In this document: positions 43,649 to 53,089 of the stretch, one piece after another
Position numbering within the stretch: position 1 is the first letter of the stretch
Layout of the letters: each line of letters begins with the position of its first letter
Source: an uncultured Desulfobacter sp.
GTDB taxonomy: Bacteria > Desulfobacterota > Desulfobacteria > Desulfobacterales > Desulfobacteraceae
Direction of reading: 5' to 3'
Length of the DNA: 64,000 nucleotides
Assembly (NCBI GenBank): GCA_963665095.1
Contig: OY762069.1
Location: forward strand, 2,528,001 to 2,592,000
Program-made: the position numbers and the translations under genes
Notes under the pieces: model-generated
Told to the model about the DNA's origin: nothing
What the model saw: only the letters and a program-made list of their open reading frames with translations
The model's database searches: none

Positions 43649-45094
43649 ATGAGTGGTAAAACACAGCACCCGGCAGACCTGTGGGCATTATTTCGCTTTT
43701 CGGTTATCGGCGGTTTACTGGCACGCCCTCCGGCAAAGGGAGAGTTGCAAAATGAACTGACCCGGCTCGCAGGTCAAATCTATTCTCATCCTGTGACGAA
43801 CAAACCGACCTGTTTTCATTTTTCCACAATTGAGGCCTGGTATTACAGGGCAAAAAATTGCCAGGACCCAATTCTGGCTCTGGGCCGTAAAGTTCGTTCA
43901 GATATGGGCAAATCCACAGCATTGAATGCTGAATTGATCCGCCTTCTTGGTGTCCAGTACAACACTTATCCGCAATGGAGCTATCAGCTTCATTGCGACA
44001 ACCTGGCAGCTGAAATCGCTGAACAGGGCCTGTGTGAGAATCCGCCGTCCTATGCAAGTGTGAGAAGGCGTATGGTTGAACGGGGTTGGAGAAAAAAGGC
44101 TTCCAAGAACAAAAATCAAACATCCGGACAGAAATCAGCTTTTAAGCGATTAGAAACGTATGAAGTCCGTAGTTATGAAACCGAAAACATCCATGAATTA
44201 TGGCATCTGGACTTTCACGAATGCAGCAGGCGCGTGGTGGACGAAAAAGGTCAGTGGCATACGCCCAAGGCATTGTGCATTCTTGATGATCGCTCCCGTC
44301 TGTGTTGTCATATTCAATGGTATTTGAATGAAACGGCAGAGGTTTTGATCCACGGCTTGTCCCAGGCGTTTTACAAAAGAGGGCTTCCCAGAGCCTTGAT
44401 GACAGATAATGGTTCTGCCATGATTGCTCATGAAACCGGCAACGGACTTAAACGATTGGGCGTCAGTCATGAGACCACGTTGCCATACTCGCCCTATCAA
44501 AATGGGAAGCAGGAAGCCTTTTGGGGTACACTTGAAGGCCGTTTGATCGCCATGCTGAGCCGGATGGATTCTTTGACCCTGGTATATTTAAATCAGGTCT
44601 CCCAGGCCTGGATCGAGATGGAATACAACAAGTCAACCCATGATGAAATTCATATGTCGCCATTGCAATGCGCCCTTGACGGCAAGGATGTGTCACGTCC
44701 TGCACCGGAACCTGAACAGCTTCAATTTTCGTTTACAGCCTGTGAATCCAGAAAACAGCGTCTGTCCGATGGTACCATCTCTTTGATGGGCATCCGGTTT
44801 GAAATCCCTTCACGGTTTAATCATATCCAGCGTCTTCATGTCTGTTTTTGCTCCTGGGATAAATCGGTTGCCTGGCTGATAGATAAACGAACCGGAAATA
44901 AGCTTGCCGCAATTTATCCCCAGGACAAGACAAAGAATGCTTCAGCAATCCGTCGTATCAAATCCACTCCGGATGAAATTAACCCTGGCCATGAAACCCT
45001 GTCCGGATCAGAACCGGCCCTGCTTAAAAAGCTCTTGTCCGATTATGCAGCAACCGGAATGCCTTGTGCCTACTTGCCAATGGAGGAAAAGTGA
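43649..45094 (+). CDS. DDE (rve) transposase, Mu/IS21-like
   Basis: LWHLDF, ILDDRSR, TDNGS, QNGKQE, DGTISL. Confidence 0.94.
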   Translation: MSGKTQHPADLWALFRFSVIGGLLARPPAKGELQNELTRLAGQIYSHPVTNKPTCFHFSTIEAWYYRAKNCQDPILALGRKVRSDMGKSTALNAELIRLLGVQYNTYPQWSYQLHCDNLAAEIAEQGLCENPPSYASVRRRMVERGWRKKASKNKNQTSGQKSAFKRLETYEVRSYETENIHELWHLDFHECSRRVVDEKGQWHTPKALCILDDRSRLCCHIQWYLNETAEVLIHGLSQAFYKRGLPRALMTDNGSAMIAHETGNGLKRLGVSHETTLPYSPYQNGKQEAFWGTLEGRLIAMLSRMDSLTLVYLNQVSQAWIEMEYNKSTHDEIHMSPLQCALDGKDVSRPAPEPEQLQFSFTACESRKQRLSDGTISLMGIRFEIPSRFNHIQRLHVCFCSWDKSVAWLIDKRTGNKLAAIYPQDKTKNASAIRRIKSTPDEINPGHETLSGSEPALLKKLLSDYAATGMPCAYLPMEEK

Positions 45095-45918
45095 TGAACA
45101 GCAAACGATTATTGGCTTATTATGGATTGAAGTACAATCCTTTTTTACCAAATATTCCTGTGGACTCATTATGGCATCCACCCCGGATGGAGGCATTTAT
45201 TACACGCCTTGAAAATATGACCATGAACGGTGGATTTGCATTAATCGCCGGTGAACCCGGTCTTGGCAAATCCAAGACACTACAGGCGATTGCCCATCAG
45301 CTTGGCAAGCTTGATGAAGTCGTTGTCGGCGTTATGGAGCGCCCCCAAAGCAGCGTGGCCGATTTCTATCGGGAAATGGGGACACTGTTTGGTGTCAATT
45401 TGAGTCCGGCCAACCGTTACGGAGGGTTCAAAGATCTGCGGCAACGATGGAAAAATCATATTAAAACAACCCTGTTCAGACCCGTCCTGCTCATTGATGA
45501 GGCTCAGGAAATGCTTACCGGATGCCTGAATGAGCTTCGGTTGCTCAACAGTATGGATTTTGACTCCCAGAATTTATTGACCACCATTATCTGTGGTGAT
45601 ACCCGGCTGCCGGAACGGTTCAGAACCAGTGCATTGGTAGCCCTGGGGAGTCGACTCCGGTTCCGGTTAAAATTGGATCCTTATACCCGGGAAGAATTGT
45701 TGGATTATATAGCGCATTGCCTAAATCAGGCCGGAGCTCCTCAACTCATGACAAAACCTTTAATCACCGCTTTGGTAGAGCACTGTACAGGAAACTTACG
45801 GGTCCTCAATAATATGTCGGCAGAACTGCTTGAAGTGGGCGTTCAAAGAGAGCTGCCGCAACTGGATGAGAAACTTTTCATAGAGCTTTTTTCACTGAAA
45901 CCGTCGCCAACCAGATAA
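45094..45918 (+). CDS. ExeA-type AAA+ transposition ATPase
   Basis: YGLKYNPF, GEPGLGKS, LLIDEAQ, GNLR; coupled to the transposase stop. Confidence 0.92.
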   Translation: MNSKRLLAYYGLKYNPFLPNIPVDSLWHPPRMEAFITRLENMTMNGGFALIAGEPGLGKSKTLQAIAHQLGKLDEVVVGVMERPQSSVADFYREMGTLFGVNLSPANRYGGFKDLRQRWKNHIKTTLFRPVLLIDEAQEMLTGCLNELRLLNSMDFDSQNLLTTIICGDTRLPERFRTSALVALGSRLRFRLKLDPYTREELLDYIAHCLNQAGAPQLMTKPLITALVEHCTGNLRVLNNMSAELLEVGVQRELPQLDEKLFIELFSLKPSPTR

Positions 45919-45929
45919 GAGGTATAAAA

Positions 45930-46172
45930 ATGACAATCAATGAAACACAACTTGAAAAAACAATGGCTGAAATTGTCGACGAGCTGGGCAATCTGGTCAT
46001 GGAGTTGATCCTTGTCAGTTTAAAAAAAATAAACTCGGAAAATCATCTTTTGACAGAATTGCTGGAGATCAAACAAGAGGAACAAAGAGAAAATGAATTT
46101 TATGGTTTTGGTGAAACGGAGCCGGGACATCCTGGGGAGGAAACCCGGCAAGGGATAGCCAAAAGCAGGTAG
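45930..46172 (+). CDS. Small acidic IS-borne protein
   Basis: 80-aa ORF with GAGG RBS inside the element. Confidence 0.55.
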   Translation: MTINETQLEKTMAEIVDELGNLVMELILVSLKKINSENHLLTELLEIKQEEQRENEFYGFGETEPGHPGEETRQGIAKSR

Positions 46173-46370
46173 CATTGAATAATGCGCCGGGGGAAGCGGG
46201 GTTGACCTGCTTCCCCTTTCTGTATTATTCAAGCTTTCCTGCTCATGCCTTAAAAAACCCAATAAAATCAGTCGGAGCGCAGCGACATCTGCTAATCATT
46301 GAAAATACAGTTATGCCTTTCCCTGATTTATCCTGATTGTCGCTCCATTGATTATCGTGCTTCCTCTCAC

Positions 46371-48296
46371 CTAAGAACGCCGGATAGTGAATTCCGAAAA
46401 TATTCTCGTGATATCGACCTGTTCAGGGGGTTCAGCCTAAGAGTGGCACAATTGCCTTATTACAGCATCGGGATAGTTGTCGACCAAAGCTCAAAATATG
46501 TGAAAAGATTCCCTCTTCCGTCCAAAATAAACCATAATGATTTCAGGAAGCTGAAAGGGAAATCAGCTGTTTATGAGTATGGAAAGCATCTTTATGAAAT
46601 CAAACTGCATGAATTGAGTGACCTAAATGTAAGCGAGACTGATATAAATGGCGTAAGCTTGTATGATGATATCATATCAAAATACAAAGATGTTCCTAAA
46701 TCATCACTAGTTGCAGATCTGAAACCGGAATGTGCAGTCTTGGTATATAGGAATAACCGTGATGAGGCAAGAAACATGCCCTCTGCGATGTGCCGATTAT
46801 CTGTGGACACACGAGAAGTCAAAGATGCTCACATATATTCAATCATGCCGCCATATAAAAAACGCCTTGATATAAACGCTATCGTCAATAGATTCTTTCG
46901 TGGATTAAGCTTCAATTCAGTGAAACTACAGATATCCAGAGATATGCATGTCCCGATATTCCAAGAACTGCCTTTCCCTGTCCTGCAATTCGGCAATAAC
47001 AGAACCCTCGACATAAACCATCTTGCCAGAAGAAAAGACTTCGGAAAACAGAAAGAGACGCTGCTGCTATCACCTGAAGCTGGATTCTATGAAAGGAAAC
47101 CGCTTGGCCAGCAATACCTATTATTACCGAAATCGGTCTATGAGACATGGGGAGACAAATTCATTTCAGACCTGTGTGGCACATTCAATCATATCTATAA
47201 AGAGCAGTATTCACCCAAAATCATTCCATATGATGATTCAAAGAAATCGGTGCCACATCTTTCAAAAAGCATACTTAATGCAATAAATGCGAATGGTGCG
47301 ACATCAGGATACTGCCTGGTAATGATACATAGATTCAAAAAGTCTAATTTGAACAAAGAAGATTATCTGGCTAATACTGTAATAAGAAAATTGGCTGAGA
47401 TGAAGCTTAATGCATCAGTGATACACACATCGGTTTCAGAGGATAGCATCCTTCAAAAGACCGATAATAACGGCAACCGAACTTGGGATGTCATTCATAA
47501 GATGAGAGGCAGGTACAAAGGGTATCTCAAGAATGTTGTAATGAATAAGATTCTCCTATTGAATGATATCCGGCCATTTACCCTGAAAGAAAGATTGAAT
47601 TCTGATGTGGTTATAGGTATCGACAGGAAAAGCAACCATGCTGGGTTTGTTTTCGTAACATCTCACGGCGAAAGCATATATTTTACACCACATAAGACCA
47701 AAAGAAATGAGAAGCTACGTCCTGGACTGATCAAGACAGCCATCTCATCATACCTTAAGGATATATATGCCATTGTTGCATCAAATTTACCAAAGAATAT
47801 CCTCATACATCGAGATGGGGCATTATTTGATGAAGAGATTGCTGCAATAAAGCAGACCATTGATGATCTAAAGATCGAGAATGTAGTGCATAAGGATTGC
47901 CAATGTACATTCGTAGAGATAAGGAAAACCCATATGTTGCCTCTCCGTATCTTTAATGTAAGTCCAAACGACGGATCAAATTCAGAGTACGTTTCAAATC
48001 CAAATATCGGCACTACATTCCTTAATGATAATGACGCCTTTATGACTACAACTGGTAAACCATACCATCTCAATGGCACAAGCAATCCGCTTCTGGTTTC
48101 ATACAAAGGCGGTGGATTATCATTCCAGGATGCCCTTAGCGATACTTTCGCTCTGACGCATCTGACATGGACAAAAATTGATTACTGCTCACGTATTCCC
48201 ATCACAATAAGATTTGGTGATATAGGGCTTCGGGATGTTGCCGGGGAATATGATGAGGATGACATTGAATACGGAATTGAAGAGGGAGGTGCATAA
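46371..48296 (+). pseudogene. ago: Long prokaryotic Argonaute, 3' part (probably L1-PAZ-L2, then MID-PIWI)
   Basis: PIWI motifs VIGID, NEK, LIHRDG, VEIRK, GTSNPL, LTHLTW, RIPITIRFGD. Confidence 0.92.
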
Positions 48297-48297
48297 A

Positions 48298-48702
48298 ATG
48301 AGTGACATAGGACTATCAGGAGCACAGTTTGAAATAAACCAAGAAATATTAAGGGCGTTCGATGATGCTGTGGGTAAAATCCAAACACATACTGTATCAA
48401 ACAAGAAATTGATATCAGATGCGTTGTTGAAAATAATGGAACCTATTGCAGAATCTATGCAATTTAAGACAAATACTGTAACCGTGATTGATGAATACAG
48501 TATAATGGAATTCTTAAAGAATAAGGCTGTGTCAAGAGAGGGGAGCAACTGGAATCAATACATCAATGCTTTCCAAAGTATGATAGCACGGATGAAGACA
48601 GACGATATGAATTTCGGCAGTGAAGATATTGAAATCCTGAATGATATTGGTGATGCACTGAATGAAGAATGCAATCGTCATTATCGTAAACTGCGTGGTT
48701 GA
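48298..48702 (+). CDS. Hypothetical helical protein, 134 aa, in the Argonaute operon
   Basis: GGAGG RBS; starts 1 bp after the ago stop. Confidence 0.8.
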   Translation: MSDIGLSGAQFEINQEILRAFDDAVGKIQTHTVSNKKLISDALLKIMEPIAESMQFKTNTVTVIDEYSIMEFLKNKAVSREGSNWNQYINAFQSMIARMKTDDMNFGSEDIEILNDIGDALNEECNRHYRKLRG

Positions 48703-48703
48703 T

Positions 48704-49852
48704 ATGAAAGGATACCTTCAGAAACTGATCCAAGAACTGGAAAGACGGGGAGAAAGGCTCAAGGCGTTAATCAGATGCCCAATCGAAATAACAGAGCTGA
48801 ACTCGCTTGCTGTAAAATGCGAGGAGAAAATAGATGTAAGCATAAAGCAGCTTCAAGAGATAGAGACATATCTGAATCTCCCGGATTGTGATGAGCAGAC
48901 AATCAGATTTATCTATCGGCGATATCATGATGAATATAGAAATATCGATCTTATTGAGCGTTATGGCATCAGCTTACTTAAAGTAGATTGCCCGGACCTG
49001 AAATATCACAACAGACTCATTGCACAAATACAGAAGGAATCAAATATCCCATTGACAATTGCATCAGTCGCAAGCTTCTCTACAGATTCCTTTTTCTATG
49101 CACCAAAGACACATGTCATTTTTGTTCCAGCTGCTGAGCATCTTTTTCTTCAGCTCATCCCTATACTATATCACGAGCTTGGGCATTATGTAAGCGGCCA
49201 TGTTAATCATCTGCGTCTTTCAAAGCTGAAAGAAAAAGTAGCTAATTGTCGTATTAGCATAAATCGACATTATTCTGATATACTGAAGCGTGAACTACTC
49301 GAAACACATTCAAAAGAACATCTGAAAATCACATTTGCCATAATGAACAAGTGGAAAGGTTCATGGTTTGAGGAAATTTTCTGTGATGCCTTTGCGACTT
49401 TTTTGGTCGGACCTGCTTATGCATGGTCATGGGTACATATTGTAACCAAGATGAATGACGATGTATTCTATTTCAATGAGAAAGTATATCTTGAACATCC
49501 ATCTCATGAGGCAAGGTTTAGATTCATCATTCGCTGCTTAACAATATCTGGATTTGAAAAAGAAGTTGAAGATCTAAAGAAAGTATGGAACTCCTTGATC
49601 TTCGTTTCAGGAAAGACAGGAAGTCCAGACTATTTCGTCGCATTCCCAGATAAATTATTTGAAGAGATTTCAAACCTGATAAAGACTGGTCTTGAGGAAA
49701 ATAATTTCGAGCTTGCTTCTCCCAAGAAATTTGAAACCACCAATGGAATCTCAAAATCATTAAATGAAGTATGGAAATATTTCTGGAATTCTCCGGATGA
49801 TTTCCTTCAGTTTGAAGAGAAAATTATAAAAGAAATTCTGGATAAATCTTAA
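48704..49852 (+). CDS. HExxH gluzincin-like metallopeptidase with N-terminal coiled coil, 382 aa
   Basis: YHELGH, EIFCD..GPAY, HPS..R. Confidence 0.75.
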   Translation: MKGYLQKLIQELERRGERLKALIRCPIEITELNSLAVKCEEKIDVSIKQLQEIETYLNLPDCDEQTIRFIYRRYHDEYRNIDLIERYGISLLKVDCPDLKYHNRLIAQIQKESNIPLTIASVASFSTDSFFYAPKTHVIFVPAAEHLFLQLIPILYHELGHYVSGHVNHLRLSKLKEKVANCRISINRHYSDILKRELLETHSKEHLKITFAIMNKWKGSWFEEIFCDAFATFLVGPAYAWSWVHIVTKMNDDVFYFNEKVYLEHPSHEARFRFIIRCLTISGFEKEVEDLKKVWNSLIFVSGKTGSPDYFVAFPDKLFEEISNLIKTGLEENNFELASPKKFETTNGISKSLNEVWKYFWNSPDDFLQFEEKIIKEILDKS

Positions 49853-49861
49853 TGTGATAAA

Positions 49862-50716
49862 ATGGAAACCGCAAAAATCTCAGCGCCAATGATGGGCAAA
49901 AAACTTTACCAAAAGCGTGCCCAATCTGCATTCCCTATTCTTGTCCGACAGGCAGAAGCCGGGAGCCCAATTTTTTATTCTGATCTCGCCGATGAGCTTG
50001 AAATGCCCAATCCTCGGAATCTGAATTATGTTTTGGGCAGTATCGGCCAGACCATGAAAAATTTGTCAAAAAAATGGAAAGTTGAGATACCTCCAATACA
50101 ATGCTTAGTCATCAATAAAAATACTGGCCTGCCTGGTGAGGGCATTGGCTGGTTTTTAACCTCAAAAGATGATTTCCATAAACTATCAAGGGAGCAGAAA
50201 AGGCGTATTGTGGAGGCTGAACTTCAGAAAATATTTTCATTTCCAAGGTGGAACGAGGTTCTTGAAGTTTTGAACTTAACACCTGTCAAATCCGACTATT
50301 CAATAAAATTATCCAGGACATCAAACCTTGGTGGTGGCGGTGGAGAGAGCGACCAGCATAAAAGACTCAAACAATTTATCTCAGAGCATCCTGCTCTTTT
50401 TAATCTCCCCTCCAAATTACAGGGAAACATTGAATACCCTTTGCCCTCAGGGGATGTTGTTGACGTATTTTTTGAAAATTCTGGCGAGTATTTATGCATA
50501 GAAGCAAAATCAGCCATCTCACAAGAGACTGACATTATCCGTGGAATTTTTCAATGCATCAAATATAGAGCTGTAATCAATGCAGTTTTAGTTTCCAAAG
50601 GATTACCTCAAAATGGCCGAGCGATTTTAGCATTAGAGGGGCCTTTCCCCAAAAGTCTCCTGCCGTTGAAAAACATGTTGTCTGTGGAAGTCATAGACAA
50701 TATTAAGCCGCTTTAA
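49862..50716 (+). CDS. Putative nuclease: HTH/ATL-like domain plus PD-(D/E)XK-type domain
   Basis: YSDLA..VLGSI..PPIQCLVINKNTGLPG; EY..VDV..IEAKS..QCIKY. Confidence 0.7.
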   Translation: METAKISAPMMGKKLYQKRAQSAFPILVRQAEAGSPIFYSDLADELEMPNPRNLNYVLGSIGQTMKNLSKKWKVEIPPIQCLVINKNTGLPGEGIGWFLTSKDDFHKLSREQKRRIVEAELQKIFSFPRWNEVLEVLNLTPVKSDYSIKLSRTSNLGGGGGESDQHKRLKQFISEHPALFNLPSKLQGNIEYPLPSGDVVDVFFENSGEYLCIEAKSAISQETDIIRGIFQCIKYRAVINAVLVSKGLPQNGRAILALEGPFPKSLLPLKNMLSVEVIDNIKPL

Positions 50717-52559
50717 AGTAATCTGTCGACCATAGCTGCTCACATATACGTTGGACTAGTTCCTGTCTTTCTTCAAGATCTGCCTTTTTGAATTCAGGAT
50801 GTGCCTTGAAATCCAACTCATTGATTTTTGAGGATTTAAGAAAATTTGGGTTCTTTTCATAATAATCAGGATGCAGTGTTTTTGCGTATGTATTCTCTTT
50901 CAGATAGTGTTTAAGCTTATCTTTGTATTTATCGCTACTGAATGATTGATTCGTCCCATTTGGCAAAAGGATCAATGCACCTATCGAATTCCGCCAGTCC
51001 TGGAAATCACTCTCTTGCTCAAACTCATCTTTGAAATATTCAAATTTATCTGCCCAGATATGCTCAATCTCAAACTGTTTGCCTTTGGGATGCTGATAAC
51101 TCACATAATTGTTTGTCTTTCCTACGAGACTATCAAGATAACTTGAAATCCTTGATAACAGGTGTTTGACAAATTTCCTATTTTGTCCATGAAGGCCGAA
51201 ATCCTGAATACCATCCCATTTGTGTTCTATCTCGTCAATAGCTTCAGTGAGATTCTTACCTAATGTCTCTAAATCGTTGTTTCTTATCCGTTTAATGAGG
51301 TTGAACATTGTGTATTTGATAGTTGTCTGTCCGAATTTTTTGTAGTTGACAGCCCTTCTGACTGTAAATGTCTCGATAAATCTTGCCACAAAATCAAGCT
51401 TCTTTTCAACAGTCTCTTCATCATCTTCAAACTTGATCGATGATAAAAGAAATGGATCTTGCAAGGAATCCGCTATACCCCAATTATAGATGTAGTGCAG
51501 ATGTGGGATCTGATCATCCATATTGTTCCATGAGTTACATGTCCTGATGTACCATTTTACGAAGAAAGGAAATTGATTCTTGAAGAATCCATAGAAATCA
51601 TTTGAATTTTTTAGGCCGAAAAGCTTTCTGTGGTTATCCTTGAACCAATTATGGAACCTCGAACCTATAAGTTCAAAATCTTTATTCTCAGATCCAGCCT
51701 GGCCAGGCCTTATACTGACTGCATATTTTCCCCTGAACCATGCTTGGAAAAAGGCTTGGTCAGCAGTTTCATCATACTCATGCAGCTTTTGTATCTGGGT
51801 CTTCCATATATCGTTAATTTCGTTCCGCTTGTCTGGATCAGTTATCTTCGAAAGGACAAAGCCTTTCAGCATCTCAGAGGGGGTCAGATTAAGTCCTCTG
51901 TCATTCATGGTCTCGAATATTACATATGCATTCTCATCCGAATAAGCCATTATCTCGACTAATACGACATTTTCAATGAACCAATCGACGAAATATGGAA
52001 GAGCTTCATTTGTTAGGTCCTCTGGAAATGAATGATCGATATCAGCGTACCGTTCAACCATGTTTCGGACTGTCTCATCGTCATTATCTTTGACGTCATA
52101 TTTTCCTTCTTCAAATAGTGCCTTGAGACAGGGTTCACGCTGATCATCTGTCATGTTGAATGATTTTTCTCCATATTTCTCAGAGAATATCAGCTTACTG
52201 ATAGAGACCTTATCGTCCCTTTTAGCTTGCAGGTGGTTTAGGTATATAAGAAGCAGAGTGATTGATGTTATCCTCTGCTGGCCGTCAATAATAGATTTCT
52301 TGCCATTTGTCGAATTTACGCTGAAGACGACAGGGCCAAGATAATAGCTTTGGTACTTAGCGACATCTGAACGTCGGTCTTCGGGTTTATAAGATTTCAA
52401 GAAAGTAGATGTCAGGTCCTCGACAAGCAGTTTGATGTGCTTTTCCTGCCAACGGAATTCCCTCTGGAAATAATCAATAAAGAATTTCTGGTCTTTCAGC
52501 AATGAACTGATGCTCTTGTTTATGGCCTCAATCTTGTTAGCCAATGGGTTCGTTGTCAT
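50703..52559 (-). CDS. gmrSD: Fused GmrSD-family type IV restriction endonuclease (DUF262-DUF1524)
   Basis: FQREFRW, IIDGQQRITS, FETMNDRG, IEHIW..GALILL..N. Confidence 0.9.
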   Translation of the reverse strand: MTTNPLANKIEAINKSISSLLKDQKFFIDYFQREFRWQEKHIKLLVEDLTSTFLKSYKPEDRRSDVAKYQSYYLGPVVFSVNSTNGKKSIIDGQQRITSITLLLIYLNHLQAKRDDKVSISKLIFSEKYGEKSFNMTDDQREPCLKALFEEGKYDVKDNDDETVRNMVERYADIDHSFPEDLTNEALPYFVDWFIENVVLVEIMAYSDENAYVIFETMNDRGLNLTPSEMLKGFVLSKITDPDKRNEINDIWKTQIQKLHEYDETADQAFFQAWFRGKYAVSIRPGQAGSENKDFELIGSRFHNWFKDNHRKLFGLKNSNDFYGFFKNQFPFFVKWYIRTCNSWNNMDDQIPHLHYIYNWGIADSLQDPFLLSSIKFEDDEETVEKKLDFVARFIETFTVRRAVNYKKFGQTTIKYTMFNLIKRIRNNDLETLGKNLTEAIDEIEHKWDGIQDFGLHGQNRKFVKHLLSRISSYLDSLVGKTNNYVSYQHPKGKQFEIEHIWADKFEYFKDEFEQESDFQDWRNSIGALILLPNGTNQSFSSDKYKDKLKHYLKENTYAKTLHPDYYEKNPNFLKSSKINELDFKAHPEFKKADLEERQELVQRICEQLWSTDYFKAA

Positions 52560-52761
52560 TTTTATGAGCCTTCATATATTTTGTGATTTATTGCAATCCA
52601 AGATATCTTAAAATGTCTTAATCATTTATAATATTTGCGTAAATGTCATAATCGGAAACAATACCTGGGTAAAACAAACCATCAGAAATTTTTTGGTTCA
52701 ATAAAAATGTTAATTATATATCTAAAAGCATTATTAAATCAAGCATAAGCAAATAATTGAA

Positions 52762-53085
52762 TCAACAATCTCGGATTCTTATCTTATCCAAAAATCTTCT
52801 CAAATACCCGCCAAAATCCCGAACTGTCCCGTAATAGATCTTTTTAAACGGTGTCCTGTAATTTTCCCATGACCCTTTTTTGATCTCTTTGACATGGAAC
52901 ACGATGATCTTGTCATCCCATGACAGGCCATATTCAGACACAAGGATCTTTGGAATTGTCGGGTATGGTTTCAGGAAAGTCTTTACGTGCTTGTTTTTCC
53001 GGAGATTCCTGTATTTTTTCGGGACATTGTCTGAATCCGAATAAATTTTGACAAATTTTTTGACAATCAGGACCATTTTCTTCAC
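52762..53085 (-). CDS. Basic hypothetical protein
   Basis: 107 aa, starts 4 bp after the ATPase stop. Confidence 0.6.
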   Translation of the reverse strand: MKKMVLIVKKFVKIYSDSDNVPKKYRNLRKNKHVKTFLKPYPTIPKILVSEYGLSWDDKIIVFHVKEIKKGSWENYRTPFKKIYYGTVRDFGGYLRRFLDKIRIRDC

Positions 53086-53089
53086 ACCC

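Larger units (their letters stand above)
42828..46370 (+). mobile_element. 3,543-bp IS-like element (DDE transposase plus ExeA-type ATPase) with 5-bp target duplication CTAAG
   Basis: Ends GTGAGA...TCTCAC with imperfect extended similarity; CTAAG at 42823-42827 and 46371-46375. Confidence 0.93.

Noticed and set aside
45094..45918. ExeA as part of a type II secretion system
   Set aside because: It is coupled to a transposase inside a target-duplicated element, and no secretion genes are nearby.
42829..46369. IS ends drawn as TG...CA
   Set aside because: The flanks would then be CCTAAGG and CCTAAGA, an imperfect duplication. The GTGAGA/TCTCAC ends give an exact CTAAG duplication.
46299..46370. 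N-terminus MKIQLCLSLIYPDC... as the native Argonaute start
   Set aside because: These codons lie inside the IS right end; the native start is at 42394.
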